Shown: in pieces, positions 45,736 to 54,724 of the stretch
Position numbering within the stretch: position 1 is the first letter of the stretch
Layout of the letters: each line of letters opens with the position of its first letter
Assembly (NCBI GenBank): GCA_027340875.1
Contig: DAIENX010000007.1
Span: 129,871-193,870, forward strand
DNA: 64,000 nucleotides
Source: Elusimicrobiota bacterium
Lineage (GTDB): Bacteria; Elusimicrobiota; Elusimicrobia; Elusimicrobiales; UBA9959
Direction: 5' to 3'
Made by a program: the position numbers and the translations under genes
Notes under the pieces: generated by a model
Seen by the model: only the letters and a program-made list of their open reading frames with translations
Database searches by the model: none
Told to the model about the DNA's origin: nothing

Positions 45736-46541
45736 GCGAAGTACCTCCGTACGCCGGAGAAAAGCTCTTCGGAATATTCGAATCCGGCCATCTTGTCGCG
45801 CTCGGTGCCGGGCCCGTGGTAGTCGGTGCCCGCGGTGACGAAGAGGCCGTAACGCGCCGCCAGGGCGGTGAATTCCCTGATGGCCGAGGCGCTGTGGGCC
45901 GGATAGAAAGCCTCTATACCGGCGAGGCCGGCGTCCTTCCACGCCCCGAGGTCGAGTATCTTGGCCACGACCCCCGGATGGGCCAGCACGGCCGCGCCGC
46001 CGGCGTCACGGACAGCCTTTATCGCCTCCTGCACCGTGGGGCCGTTGGGGCTCACATAGGCGGAAGCGCCGGGAGCAAGGTAGCGCTTGAAAGCCTGGCT
46101 GCGCGTAGGGACGAGCTTCCGCCTGATCATCGCGTCGGCTATATGCGGCCGGCCGACCGTGCCGGAGCCGCTCTCGCGCAGCTCCTCGAAAGGGATATCT
46201 ATGCCGAGCCCGGAGAGCAGCCCCAGGATCTTCTTTATCCTGACCAGGCGGCGCCCGCGGAATTCCTCCAGCCTGGCGGCCAGCGCCGCGTCGACGGGGT
46301 CAATGCCGTAGCCGAGTATGTGCAGGTTCTCGTTCAGGCAGGTGCTGATCTCCACGCCGTAGCAGTAGGCTATGCCGGCGGCCTTGAGGGCGGGCTCCAT
46401 CTCCGCCCAGCCGCCGGTCATGTCGTGGTCGGTCAGCGAGAAGTATTTGACGCCGGCCCTGGCGGCCTCGGCGGCCAGCCTCCCCGGCGGCAGCGTGCCG
46501 TCGGACCAGGTGGAATGGGAGTGAAGGTTGATAAGGTCCAT
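45732..46541 (-). CDS. PHP-domain phosphoesterase (TrpH/RNase AM-like)
   Basis: LHSHSTWSDG, LTDHD, GVEIS, GRPHIA, LAHP, GTDYHG. Confidence 0.92.
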   Translation of the reverse strand: MDLINLHSHSTWSDGTLPPGRLAAEAARAGVKYFSLTDHDMTGGWAEMEPALKAAGIAYCYGVEISTCLNENLHILGYGIDPVDAALAARLEEFRGRRLVRIKKILGLLSGLGIDIPFEELRESGSGTVGRPHIADAMIRRKLVPTRSQAFKRYLAPGASAYVSPNGPTVQEAIKAVRDAGGAAVLAHPGVVAKILDLGAWKDAGLAGIEAFYPAHSASAIREFTALAARYGLFVTAGTDYHGPGTERDKMAGFEYSEELFSGVRRYFA

Positions 46542-46607
46542 AAAAGAGCGCACAGGCCTGGAGTTCCCCCGAAAGGGCGCCCGGCCTGTGCGATCGGAGC
46601 GGACGGC

Positions 46608-46832
46608 TCAGCCGACGGTTATCTCTTTTACCCCGGGGACTTCTTCCTTTATCAGGCGCTCCACTACGTTCTTGAGCGTCATCGTGGAGTGGGGGCAGCA
46701 GCCGCAGGCGCCGGTCAGGCGCACGGTCACTACGCCTTTCTTCTCGTCCACGCCCACGAGCTCCACGGACCCGCCGTCGGCGGCGAGCATGGGCTTTATC
46801 TTCTCTATAACTTTTTGCACTTGTTCTTTCAT
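46608..46832 (-). CDS. NifU/NfuA-type Fe-S scaffold domain protein
   Basis: [15 protein letters not shown]...GACGCCPHS. Confidence 0.92.
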   Translation of the reverse strand: MKEQVQKVIEKIKPMLAADGGSVELVGVDEKKGVVTVRLTGACGCCPHSTMTLKNVVERLIKEEVPGVKEITVG

Positions 46833-46919
46833 GGCGGTGTACCTCGTACCATAAATTATACCATTGGGGAGCGGCGGGGAGGAAACGCCGGCGGGCGCCC
46901 ATTAATATATAATTAGACT

Positions 46920-47285
46920 ATGTTGAAAGAGATCCGCAACGTGATGCAGGTGAAGGGCGAGCCGCGCAGGCGCTGGTTCGACGACGACTATTTCGACCTG
47001 ATAGTCTGGTTCGAGCCGGACGGCTCTTTCTTCGGTTTCCAGCTCTGTTACGACAGGGAGCGCAAGCCCCGCGCACTCACCTGGACGAAAAAGTACGGCT
47101 ATAAACATACCGGCATAGATACCGGAGAGCATGTCTGGGGCACGTCCAAAGAGGCCCCGGTGCTGGTGGCCGACGGCCTGTTCGACGCCCCGTCCATCGG
47201 CAGGCGCTTTTCCGAGGCCGCCGCCGATATCCCTGCCGACATCTCCTCCTTCATCTCGGCCAAACTCAAGGAGTTCAAGCTCTGA
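46920..47285 (+). CDS. Conserved-looking hypothetical protein
   Basis: RRWFDDDYFDLIVW..GFQLCYD; TATAAT 6 nt before ATG. Confidence 0.75.
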   Translation: MLKEIRNVMQVKGEPRRRWFDDDYFDLIVWFEPDGSFFGFQLCYDRERKPRALTWTKKYGYKHTGIDTGEHVWGTSKEAPVLVADGLFDAPSIGRRFSEAAADIPADISSFISAKLKEFKL

Positions 47286-47767
47286 TGCCGAGATATTTCA
47301 AACCCTCCGGAGGTTCCGGGGACAAAGGCTTCACCGACCTGCTCGGCGGCCGGCGCGTGCCGAAGACGGACCGCCGTATAAAACTGAACGCGCTGCTGGA
47401 CGAGCTTTCAGCCATGATAGGGATGCTGAAGGTCTCACTGCGGGACAGGGCGCTGAAGAAGGAGCTGACCTCCGCGCAGGCCGGGCTGGTACGAACATCC
47501 GCCGTCATAGCCGGCATGAAGGCCGACCTGAGCGGCGAGATCTCCGCGCTGGAGGCCCTTATAGAAGCCCGCTCCGAAAGGACCCGGCCGCCGAAGGAAT
47601 TCGTGATGCCCGGGGCCAACGAGGCCGAAGCGCTCGCGCATCTGGCCAGGACCAGGGCCCGATGCTGCGAGATCCTGGCCTGGGAACTGAAAGCCAAGGA
47701 CCCGGCCGTATACCTTAACCGCCTCTCCGACTACCTCTTCCTCGCCGCCCTCTCCGCGGGCAGGTAA
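47285..47767 (+). CDS. PduO-type cob(I)alamin adenosyltransferase (divergent)
   Basis: GDKGFT..GGRRVPK, DELSAMIG, FVMPG, YLNRLSDYLF. Confidence 0.8.
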   Translation: MPRYFKPSGGSGDKGFTDLLGGRRVPKTDRRIKLNALLDELSAMIGMLKVSLRDRALKKELTSAQAGLVRTSAVIAGMKADLSGEISALEALIEARSERTRPPKEFVMPGANEAEALAHLARTRARCCEILAWELKAKDPAVYLNRLSDYLFLAALSAGR

Positions 47768-47775
47768 TAGGACAT

Positions 47776-47807
47776 AAAAAAACCGCCCCGAAAGGCGGTT
47801 TTTCTTT
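47776..47807. terminator. Bidirectional intrinsic terminator
   Basis: A7-CCGCC-loop-GGCGG-T5 between convergent genes. Confidence 0.85.
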
Positions 47808-47826
47808 GCCACGCGCCTGGCTTTCC

Positions 47827-49434
47827 CTACATCCGCTCCGGCGCGGAGACGCCCAGCATGCCGAGGCCGCGGGCTATCACGCCTTTCACGGCCTTCAGCA
47901 GGAACAGCCTGTAGGCGGTAACTTCCTTGTTCTCCGGGTCAAGCACCTTGTGCTGGTCGTAGAAGGAGTGGAACAACGCGGCGAGTTCCATCAGGTAGGT
48001 GGTCAGGTGGTGGGGGGAATTGTCGCGGGCGCAGTCGGCGAGGGTCTTCTCCAGCCACAAGAGCTTCAACATCAGCGCCCGCTCCTCGGGATTGATGGCG
48101 GCCTTAGCCTCGTCGAAGGAGGCGGCCGCGTCCACGCCCTTGGCAGGCGCGTTGTCGAAGATGGAAGCTATGCGCGCGTGCACGTACTGCACGTAGTACA
48201 CCGGGTTCTCGTTGGAGCGCTTCTTCGCCAGCTCCACGTCGAAGTTCAGGTGCGTGTTCGGGCCGCGCGAGGCGAAGAAGAAGCGGCACGCGTCGGTGCC
48301 GACGTCGTCCATCAGTTCCTTCAGCGAGATGAAGTCGCCGGCGCGCTTGGACATCTTCACCACTTCCTTGCCGCGCAAGAGCGACACCTGCTGGTGGATG
48401 ATGACCTTGAACGTGCCCTTATCGTAGCCGAGCGCCTTTACGGCGGCCTCCATGCGCGGCACGTAGCCGTGATGGTCGGCTCCCAGGATGTCTATCAGGC
48501 GCCTGAAGCCGCGCGAGAACTTGTTGAGGTGGTAGGCGATGTCGTTCAAGAAATAGGTGTTGCGGCCGTCGGCCTTCACCAGCACACGGTCCTTGTCGTC
48601 GCTCTCCATCTCCGAGGCGGCGCCGAACCAGACGGCGCTCTCCTTCTCATAGGTCATGCCGCGGGTCTTCAGCGTCTCCAGCGCGGCCTTCGGCGCGCCG
48701 GCGGCGTGCAGCTCGCTCTCCAGGAACCAGCGGTCGAAATGCACGCCGAAGGCCTGCATATCCGTCTTATGCAGCTTGAGCATCTCCGCGACGGCGTACT
48801 CGGAGAACTGCGCGGCGGTCCAGCCGGCGGCTTCTTTAGGCAGCGCGGCGGCCATGTCCCTTAGGTAGTCGCCGTAGTAGCCGTCCTCCGGGGGCTCTTT
48901 GCCCTCGAAGCGGGCCTTGAGGGACAGCCCCAGTTTCTCCACCTGGCGCCCCACGTTGTTGACGTAGAACTCGGTGCAGACCGAGGCACCGAGCTCTTTC
49001 CAGATGCGCGCCAGGCTGTCACCCAGCGTGGCGCCGCGGCCGCTGGCCAGGTGCATGGGTCCGGTCGGGTTGGCGGAGACGAACTCTAGATTGATCTCCT
49101 CTCCGGCGAACTCGGGCCGGTGGAAGGCGTCCGGCCGCTCCAGGTCCTTCAGCGCGGCGAATAGGAAAGCTGGGGCGAACTTCACGTTCACGAAGCCCGG
49201 GGGGACAACTTCGGCGTCGGCCGCCACCGCAATGGCAGCCTTCAGCTCTTCCGCTATCTTCAACGGGGTTTTTTTCAGCAGCTTGGCCGCCGAAATGGGC
49301 CAGGCTATAGAGGCGTCGGCCTTGATATGCGGCGGCGGCGCGGCCAGGGAAAAAGCGGCCAGCGCGGAGTCGTCCAGGGAAAAGGCCGCCTTAGCGCGGC
49401 TTTTGAGGTCGGCTTCCAGGGCGGAGATCTTCAT
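47827..49434 (-). CDS. argS: Arginine--tRNA ligase
   Basis: EFVSANPTGPMH, GADHHGY, KMSKRAG, NPVYYVQYVHARI, SAPERM. Confidence 0.97.
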   Translation of the reverse strand: MKISALEADLKSRAKAAFSLDDSALAAFSLAAPPPHIKADASIAWPISAAKLLKKTPLKIAEELKAAIAVAADAEVVPPGFVNVKFAPAFLFAALKDLERPDAFHRPEFAGEEINLEFVSANPTGPMHLASGRGATLGDSLARIWKELGASVCTEFYVNNVGRQVEKLGLSLKARFEGKEPPEDGYYGDYLRDMAAALPKEAAGWTAAQFSEYAVAEMLKLHKTDMQAFGVHFDRWFLESELHAAGAPKAALETLKTRGMTYEKESAVWFGAASEMESDDKDRVLVKADGRNTYFLNDIAYHLNKFSRGFRRLIDILGADHHGYVPRMEAAVKALGYDKGTFKVIIHQQVSLLRGKEVVKMSKRAGDFISLKELMDDVGTDACRFFFASRGPNTHLNFDVELAKKRSNENPVYYVQYVHARIASIFDNAPAKGVDAAASFDEAKAAINPEERALMLKLLWLEKTLADCARDNSPHHLTTYLMELAALFHSFYDQHKVLDPENKEVTAYRLFLLKAVKGVIARGLGMLGVSAPERM

Positions 49435-49925
49435 TATTTCTTCTTGGAGGTCTTCTTGGCCGCCGTTTTTTTAGCGACGGGTTTCTTCGCCGCGGTCTTT
49501 TTGGCGGAGGCCTTCTTCGCGGCCGGCTTCCTGGCCGCTGGCTTCTTCACCGGAGCAGCGACCGGCTTCTCCTCCCACGGCACCTGCCGGCAGCCGGAGT
49601 AGATCCTGTCTATCGCGTAGAACTCCGAGGCCTTCCGGTCGTAGATATGGACGAGCGTGCCGCCGTAGTCCAGCACCTTCCAGTTGCGCGAGCGCATCCC
49701 GTCCCTGTGCAGGCAAAAGACTCCCTCTCCCTTGAGCTTGTGCTGGATCTCCTCCTCCACCGCGTCCAGCTGCGGGGAGGATTCCACCACGATCAGGACG
49801 GCATAGTCGGCCAGCGGCGAGGTCCCGGCCAGGTCATAGACCGTGACCGGGCTGGCCTTCTTGGCGTCGCCAACGCGGGCGGCGGCCACGGCTATATTCC
49901 TGAAACCATTCTTGGGGTTCGTCAT
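49434..49925 (-). CDS. rsfS: Ribosome silencing factor RsfS with Lys/Ala-rich tail
   Basis: WKVLDYGGTLVHIY..FYAIDRIY; tail of AAKK repeats. Confidence 0.85.
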   Translation of the reverse strand: MTNPKNGFRNIAVAAARVGDAKKASPVTVYDLAGTSPLADYAVLIVVESSPQLDAVEEEIQHKLKGEGVFCLHRDGMRSRNWKVLDYGGTLVHIYDRKASEFYAIDRIYSGCRQVPWEEKPVAAPVKKPAARKPAAKKASAKKTAAKKPVAKKTAAKKTSKKK

Positions 49926-50809
49926 ATCGTGTTCTTGCTCTTCCTCAGCTTCTCGAGCATCGCCGCTTCGGCCTGGTGCTCGATGTTTATCATCGCCGAG
50001 CCGGCGATGGAGGATATTGTATTAAATATGGTGGCGAGGTTGTTCTTCTCCACCGGCGAGACCTTGTCGGAGTGCTCGAACACCGCGCAGGCGAGGCGCC
50101 GGCCCTCGGCCGAGCAGAGCATCACGTAGGAGTTCTCGTCGCGCCAGCCGCCCTCCGGGTGCGCCGGCAGCGGCGCCGGCTCTCCCTGCCTGGGGAAAGC
50201 GTCGCGGGAATAGACCCGCTCGTACTCGTCATTGAAGACATTGAAGACGTACGCCGTCACGTTCCAGGAGCCCTCGAGGTAGATGCGGGCCTCGTCGATC
50301 ACCCTGGCGAAGAACTCGCCGGGGGACTTGTGCTGCTGGGTCAGCAGCCGGCTGAGGTCGAAGAGCATCGTAAGCTCGCTGGAGGTGTGCTGCAGGCGGC
50401 GCATCACCGTGCGCATGATGCCGCTGAAGATGCTGATCCCGGTCTCCGGATGTTCCTTGATGAAAGAGAAGAACTGCTGGCGGCCGACCTCGTAGAGCGA
50501 GGTGTCCGCCGAGGCCCTGGCCTGCGCGAAGCGGGGCTGGCCCTCTATGACCGCCATCTCCCCGAAGAAATCCCCGCCGGAAAGTATGGCAAGCGTCTTG
50601 AAGCTGGAACCCTCGGCGTCCATGGCCTTCTCTATCACCACCTCCCCGGTCACGATGATATAGAGCGAGTCCCCGGTGGTCTTCTCCTTGAAGATCACGT
50701 CGCCGCCGGAATAGGCGGTCTGCTTGAAATACCCGGAGAACTCCCCTAGCATGTCGTCGGAGAGGCCGCGGAACAGCGGAATGGCCTTGAGTTTTTCTAT
50801 ATCGGACAT
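49922..50809 (-). CDS. Cyclic nucleotide-binding domain protein with uncharacterised C-terminal domain
   Basis: LKAIPLFRGL, IFKE..GDSLYII, FFGEMAVIEGQPRFA. Confidence 0.88.
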   Translation of the reverse strand: MSDIEKLKAIPLFRGLSDDMLGEFSGYFKQTAYSGGDVIFKEKTTGDSLYIIVTGEVVIEKAMDAEGSSFKTLAILSGGDFFGEMAVIEGQPRFAQARASADTSLYEVGRQQFFSFIKEHPETGISIFSGIMRTVMRRLQHTSSELTMLFDLSRLLTQQHKSPGEFFARVIDEARIYLEGSWNVTAYVFNVFNDEYERVYSRDAFPRQGEPAPLPAHPEGGWRDENSYVMLCSAEGRRLACAVFEHSDKVSPVEKNNLATIFNTISSIAGSAMINIEHQAEAAMLEKLRKSKNTI

Positions 50810-50825
50810 GTCTCCCCCTTCTGCG

Positions 50826-51896
50826 TCAGACCCCGGACGGGCTGCAGAGCTTCTTGAAGCCCTCCAGGTCGTGCGCCTTGGCGGCGGCCGTCTCGAAGGC
50901 CACCAGGTTCTGCTTGACCAGCATGGCCATGGCCCGGTCCATCGGGATCATCCCGAACTTGGCTCCGGTCTCTATCGCGCTGTAGATCATGTGCGTCTTG
51001 CCCTCGCGTATCAGGTTCTGGATGGCGGGCGTCATCACCATGACCTCGCGCGCGGCCACGCGGCCCTTGCCGTCCTTGCGCGGCAGCAGGATCTGCGAGA
51101 CCACGCCCTGCAGCGAAGCGGCCAGCTGCACGCGCACCTGCGTCTGCTGATGCGGCGGGAACACGTCGATGATGCGGTCGACCGTTGAGGCCGCGTCCTG
51201 CGTGTGCAGCGTGGCGAACGTGAGGTGGCCGGTCTCGGCCGCGGTGATCGTCAACTGTATGGTCTCCAGGTCGCGCATCTCGCCCACGAGGATCACGTTG
51301 GGGTCCTCGCGCAGCGCGCCGCGCAGCGCGTTGTTGAAGCTGCGCGTGTGCTGGCCCACCTCGCGCTGCCTGACCACGCAGGCCTGGGCCTCGTACGTGA
51401 ACTCTATCGGGTCCTCCACGGTCAGGATGTGCTTCTTCTTGCTGGTGTTGATCTTGTTGATCAGCGCGGCGAGCGTGGTGGACTTGCCGGAACCGGTCGG
51501 GCCGGTCACCAGCACCATGCCCTTGGGCAGATCGGCGAACTGCACGATGGCCGGCTGCAGGCTGAGCTGTTCCGGCGTGGGAATGATGGACGGGATCACG
51601 CGCATGACGGCCTCTACGCCGTTGCGGGCGGCCAGCACGTTCAGGCGGAAGCGGGAAACCCCGGTCACGGCGAACGAGCAGTCCAGCTCCCAGTCCTTCT
51701 CGAACTTGGCGCGCTGCTCGTCGTACAGCGCCGAGTAGATGATCGTCTTGGTCTGCTCGGCGGTCAGCGGCGGCATGTTGTCGGCCACCGGCACGACCGC
51801 TCCGCTGCGGCGCATCAGCGGCGGCTTGCCCACGCTGATGTGTATGTCGCTGGCCCCCTGCTGGACGGCCGTCTTAAGGATGGTCACCATGTCCAT
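50826..51896 (-). CDS. pilT: Type IV pilus retraction ATPase PilT
   Basis: ASDIH, TGPTGSGKSTT, EDPIE, GEMRD, TGHL..TLH, AIQNLIRE. Confidence 0.93.
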   Translation of the reverse strand: MDMVTILKTAVQQGASDIHISVGKPPLMRRSGAVVPVADNMPPLTAEQTKTIIYSALYDEQRAKFEKDWELDCSFAVTGVSRFRLNVLAARNGVEAVMRVIPSIIPTPEQLSLQPAIVQFADLPKGMVLVTGPTGSGKSTTLAALINKINTSKKKHILTVEDPIEFTYEAQACVVRQREVGQHTRSFNNALRGALREDPNVILVGEMRDLETIQLTITAAETGHLTFATLHTQDAASTVDRIIDVFPPHQQTQVRVQLAASLQGVVSQILLPRKDGKGRVAAREVMVMTPAIQNLIREGKTHMIYSAIETGAKFGMIPMDRAMAMLVKQNLVAFETAAAKAHDLEGFKKLCSPSGV

Positions 51897-51897
51897 A

Positions 51898-52740
51898 TCA
51901 TTTCCCCTTATCTTCCGGTTTTTCCCCTTCGAAATCCTCTCCCAGCACCACCGCCGCGTCCGACACGCTCCGGCGCGTGGGTTTGACGCGGACCTCCAGT
52001 TCCCCGAGGTTAAGCGCCTCGCGCAGCGCGAGCGCGGACCCGGCGTCGCGCGAATAGCTGAGGATCCTCGTCTCCTTTTCCGCCGCCCTGTTGCCGACCG
52101 TTATCACGTCGAAGCCCGCGGCCCTGAGGCGCTTGGCCGTGGCGTCGGCGAGGCCGTTGCGCCCGGAGGCGTTGAACACCTCCACCAGCGGGGTCCTGCG
52201 GGCGGCCCTGTCCTCCTGGGCCGCGGGACCGCGCGGCACGTCGCTGAGGATGAAATCCGAGGCGGTCAGGCCTGAAAAGTCGGAGAACAGGCGGAACGCG
52301 TCGAACCACGAAAGGTCCGTCTCCCCGGCCGAGATGCGGCGGCAGAGCCAGACGGCGGCGGAGGCCAGCAGGCGCGGATCGGCCCGCCAGCCGTTGAGCG
52401 GCTCCCAGAGGGCCTCCAGCGACGGGGAAGTGGAAACGGTTATATAGAACGCCGCAGCGCCTTCGCCGGCGACGGCCGCCGCCAGGTCCGCGGCCCGCTT
52501 CTCCGGCGAGGCGCCGCGCTCGGGCCTGCGCTGGGAAGTGAAGGCGCCGACGGTGCCGGAGAACGGGTGGTAGACGAGCAGGGCCGAGGACGCGTCCCCC
52601 AGCAGGGCGATCCGGACGTCGCGTCCCTCCATGATGCAGCGGGAAGCCGGGGACAGGTACTGCCAGGCGGCCGCGGCCAGCGCCAGCAGCACCCCGGCGG
52701 CCAGCATCAGCCGCTCTTTTTTTCCTGAAGACTGTTCCAT
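51898..52740 (-). CDS. LytR C-terminal domain protein (degenerate LCP-like N-terminus)
   Basis: N-terminal TM; VEVFNASGRNGLA..LRAAGFDV..VVLGEDF. Confidence 0.85.
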   Translation of the reverse strand: MEQSSGKKERLMLAAGVLLALAAAAWQYLSPASRCIMEGRDVRIALLGDASSALLVYHPFSGTVGAFTSQRRPERGASPEKRAADLAAAVAGEGAAAFYITVSTSPSLEALWEPLNGWRADPRLLASAAVWLCRRISAGETDLSWFDAFRLFSDFSGLTASDFILSDVPRGPAAQEDRAARRTPLVEVFNASGRNGLADATAKRLRAAGFDVITVGNRAAEKETRILSYSRDAGSALALREALNLGELEVRVKPTRRSVSDAAVVLGEDFEGEKPEDKGK

Positions 52741-53849
52741 AAGCCCACGCTCAGGGGATGCACCCAGCCGCCCCCGGAGAACGTATAGACAAGTTTAACA
52801 TAATTGGCCGACCGGAAAGCCTCGTCCAGGTCAATGAAAGCCAGCCGGCGCACGAGGCGCGCCTCCCTGAAATCGCGGCCGCGGTTGGCGAAATCGCTCA
52901 CGTACAGCAGCCTGGCCAGCGGCCCCATGCCGGGCGCGCCGGTGGCATGGACGCGGATGGCGTCCAGCACCTCCGGGTCCTCGATCCCGAACTTTCTCCT
53001 GGCCAGCTCGGCTCCGGCCCAGGCATGGGCCAGGACCGGAGCCTCCCGCAGCATCTCCGCGCGCAGCGGCGTGTCAGCCGGACAGAGAGCGGCCCGTTTC
53101 CCGGCCGGCAGGTCGCGGGCGCAGTCGTGAAGCAGCGCGGCGAGCGCCGCCTTCTGCTGCGGCACTCCGGCGAGCGGCGCCAACTCGAGCGCGAGCTCCG
53201 CGGACAGGATCGTGTGCTCGTAGCGGCGCGAGGTCAGCAGCCGCCGCAGCATGGAGCGCTCCCGGAACAGGTACAGGGCCCTCTTCTCGGCCAGCTCCGT
53301 CACCCCGCGGCTGAGCTGCCGGTGTCCCCTGCCGAGGAAGAGGCTGTTCCTGATGGCGGTGGAATCGGCCTCCGGGAACCGTCCGGAAAGCAGTTTGTGC
53401 GGCGGGGCCCCGCGGGGTATCGGAGAACCCGGGCGGCGACCCACCAGCAGGACGGCGTCGCGAAGTATCTCCTTCCCTCGGCGCCAGCCGCCGAAGCCGG
53501 CCAGGCAGTCGGACCCCATCAGAAAATAGACGCGTACCCCTGGGTGCAGCTTGCGGAAATGGGAGACGGTCTCGAAAGAGTAGACCACCCTGCGCTGCCG
53601 GGCCTCGAAGGGACTTATCCTGACGGCGCCGGCCATGCCGCTGTCCATCACGGCGGCCGCCAGCATCGCGGCCCGTGCTGAGTACGGCACAGGCCTGAAA
53701 TCCTTGAACGGGGTGCGGAAACCCGGGACGAAATAGAACGCGGACGGACGCAGCTGGCGCAGCGCGGCCGCGGCCAGGGCCATGTGCCCGCGATGGGGGG
53801 GATCGAAGCTCCCGCCGTAGATTATTACCGGTCCTTTGGCTCCAGGCAT
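52707..53849 (-). CDS. nadD: NadD-YqeK fusion (NaMN adenylyltransferase plus HD-domain Ap4A hydrolase-like)
   Basis: YGGSFDPPHRGH, LMGSD, STAIR; then RYEH, LLHDCAR, HAWAGA, HATG, YVSD. Confidence 0.88.
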   Translation of the reverse strand: MPGAKGPVIIYGGSFDPPHRGHMALAAAALRQLRPSAFYFVPGFRTPFKDFRPVPYSARAAMLAAAVMDSGMAGAVRISPFEARQRRVVYSFETVSHFRKLHPGVRVYFLMGSDCLAGFGGWRRGKEILRDAVLLVGRRPGSPIPRGAPPHKLLSGRFPEADSTAIRNSLFLGRGHRQLSRGVTELAEKRALYLFRERSMLRRLLTSRRYEHTILSAELALELAPLAGVPQQKAALAALLHDCARDLPAGKRAALCPADTPLRAEMLREAPVLAHAWAGAELARRKFGIEDPEVLDAIRVHATGAPGMGPLARLLYVSDFANRGRDFREARLVRRLAFIDLDEAFRSANYVKLVYTFSGGGWVHPLSVGLWNSLQEKKSG

Positions 53850-53935
53850 CGTTTCGGCCGCGCGCCGGCGGACTACGGCCGGGGCACATTTAGTATAATA
53901 TACTTCTATCTCTTAACTCAAAAAGCACGGCAACC

Positions 53936-54670
53936 ATGGCAAAGAACCGCGACAACAGCATTATCCTTCTCGTAGACCCGCCGGAGGCGGACAAGGTGAT
54001 ACCCGAGCTGAAGACCGCCTTCGGCCCCGAGCGCGCCGTGCACGTTAACAGCGACCTCCTTACCTCGGTCTACAAGCTGGCCAAGAACTTCAACGACGCT
54101 ATTCTGATCCTCTCCTACGCCAAGTCCGCCCGCCACCCCGACCTGACCTGGCTGGACCCGGAGGACCCGGGCTTCCTGGAGGTCAAGCACACGGATTTCG
54201 AGGAACGCCTGCAGGAAGCCGTGAGGCTGGCCTTCTTCACCGGCGCCAAGAAAGCGGTGCTGATAAGCCACCTCTCCCCGGAGCTGAAGTCCGACTGGAT
54301 CCAGGAGGCCATTAACGCCGTGAACGACAGGACCGTGGCGATAGGGGCCAACACCGACGGCACCTATTACCTCGTAGGCCTGACGCAGCCCAACCTGAAG
54401 ATCTTCGAGCCCACCGGCTTCTCCAGGGGCAAGAGCGGCGAGACGCTCGCCGAGCGGGCGCGCCGGAACAAACTGGCCGTCTTCAGCACGCCGGAAACGT
54501 ATACTGTGACCGGCGAGGAGACGCTGCTGCGCTGGATGGAGAACAAAGAAACCCTGCCGCCAATTTTCACGGCCCAGCACGCCGGCCCGCCCGCCGCGGA
54601 GCCGAAGAAACACCACCGGCGCCCGAAACACGAAAGCCAGGAGCCCCCGGCGGAGAAACCGCAGATCTAG
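53936..54670 (+). CDS. DUF2064/TIGR04282-like glycosyltransferase-fold protein (divergent)
   Basis: VAIGANTDGTYYLVGL resembles the family motif VLGPxxDGGYYLIG. Confidence 0.65.
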   Translation: MAKNRDNSIILLVDPPEADKVIPELKTAFGPERAVHVNSDLLTSVYKLAKNFNDAILILSYAKSARHPDLTWLDPEDPGFLEVKHTDFEERLQEAVRLAFFTGAKKAVLISHLSPELKSDWIQEAINAVNDRTVAIGANTDGTYYLVGLTQPNLKIFEPTGFSRGKSGETLAERARRNKLAVFSTPETYTVTGEETLLRWMENKETLPPIFTAQHAGPPAAEPKKHHRRPKHESQEPPAEKPQI

Positions 54671-54724
54671 CGGCGGTCGATCCATCCTACGCTCAGGCCG
54701 CCGCGCGAGCGGCCGCTCCTATTT

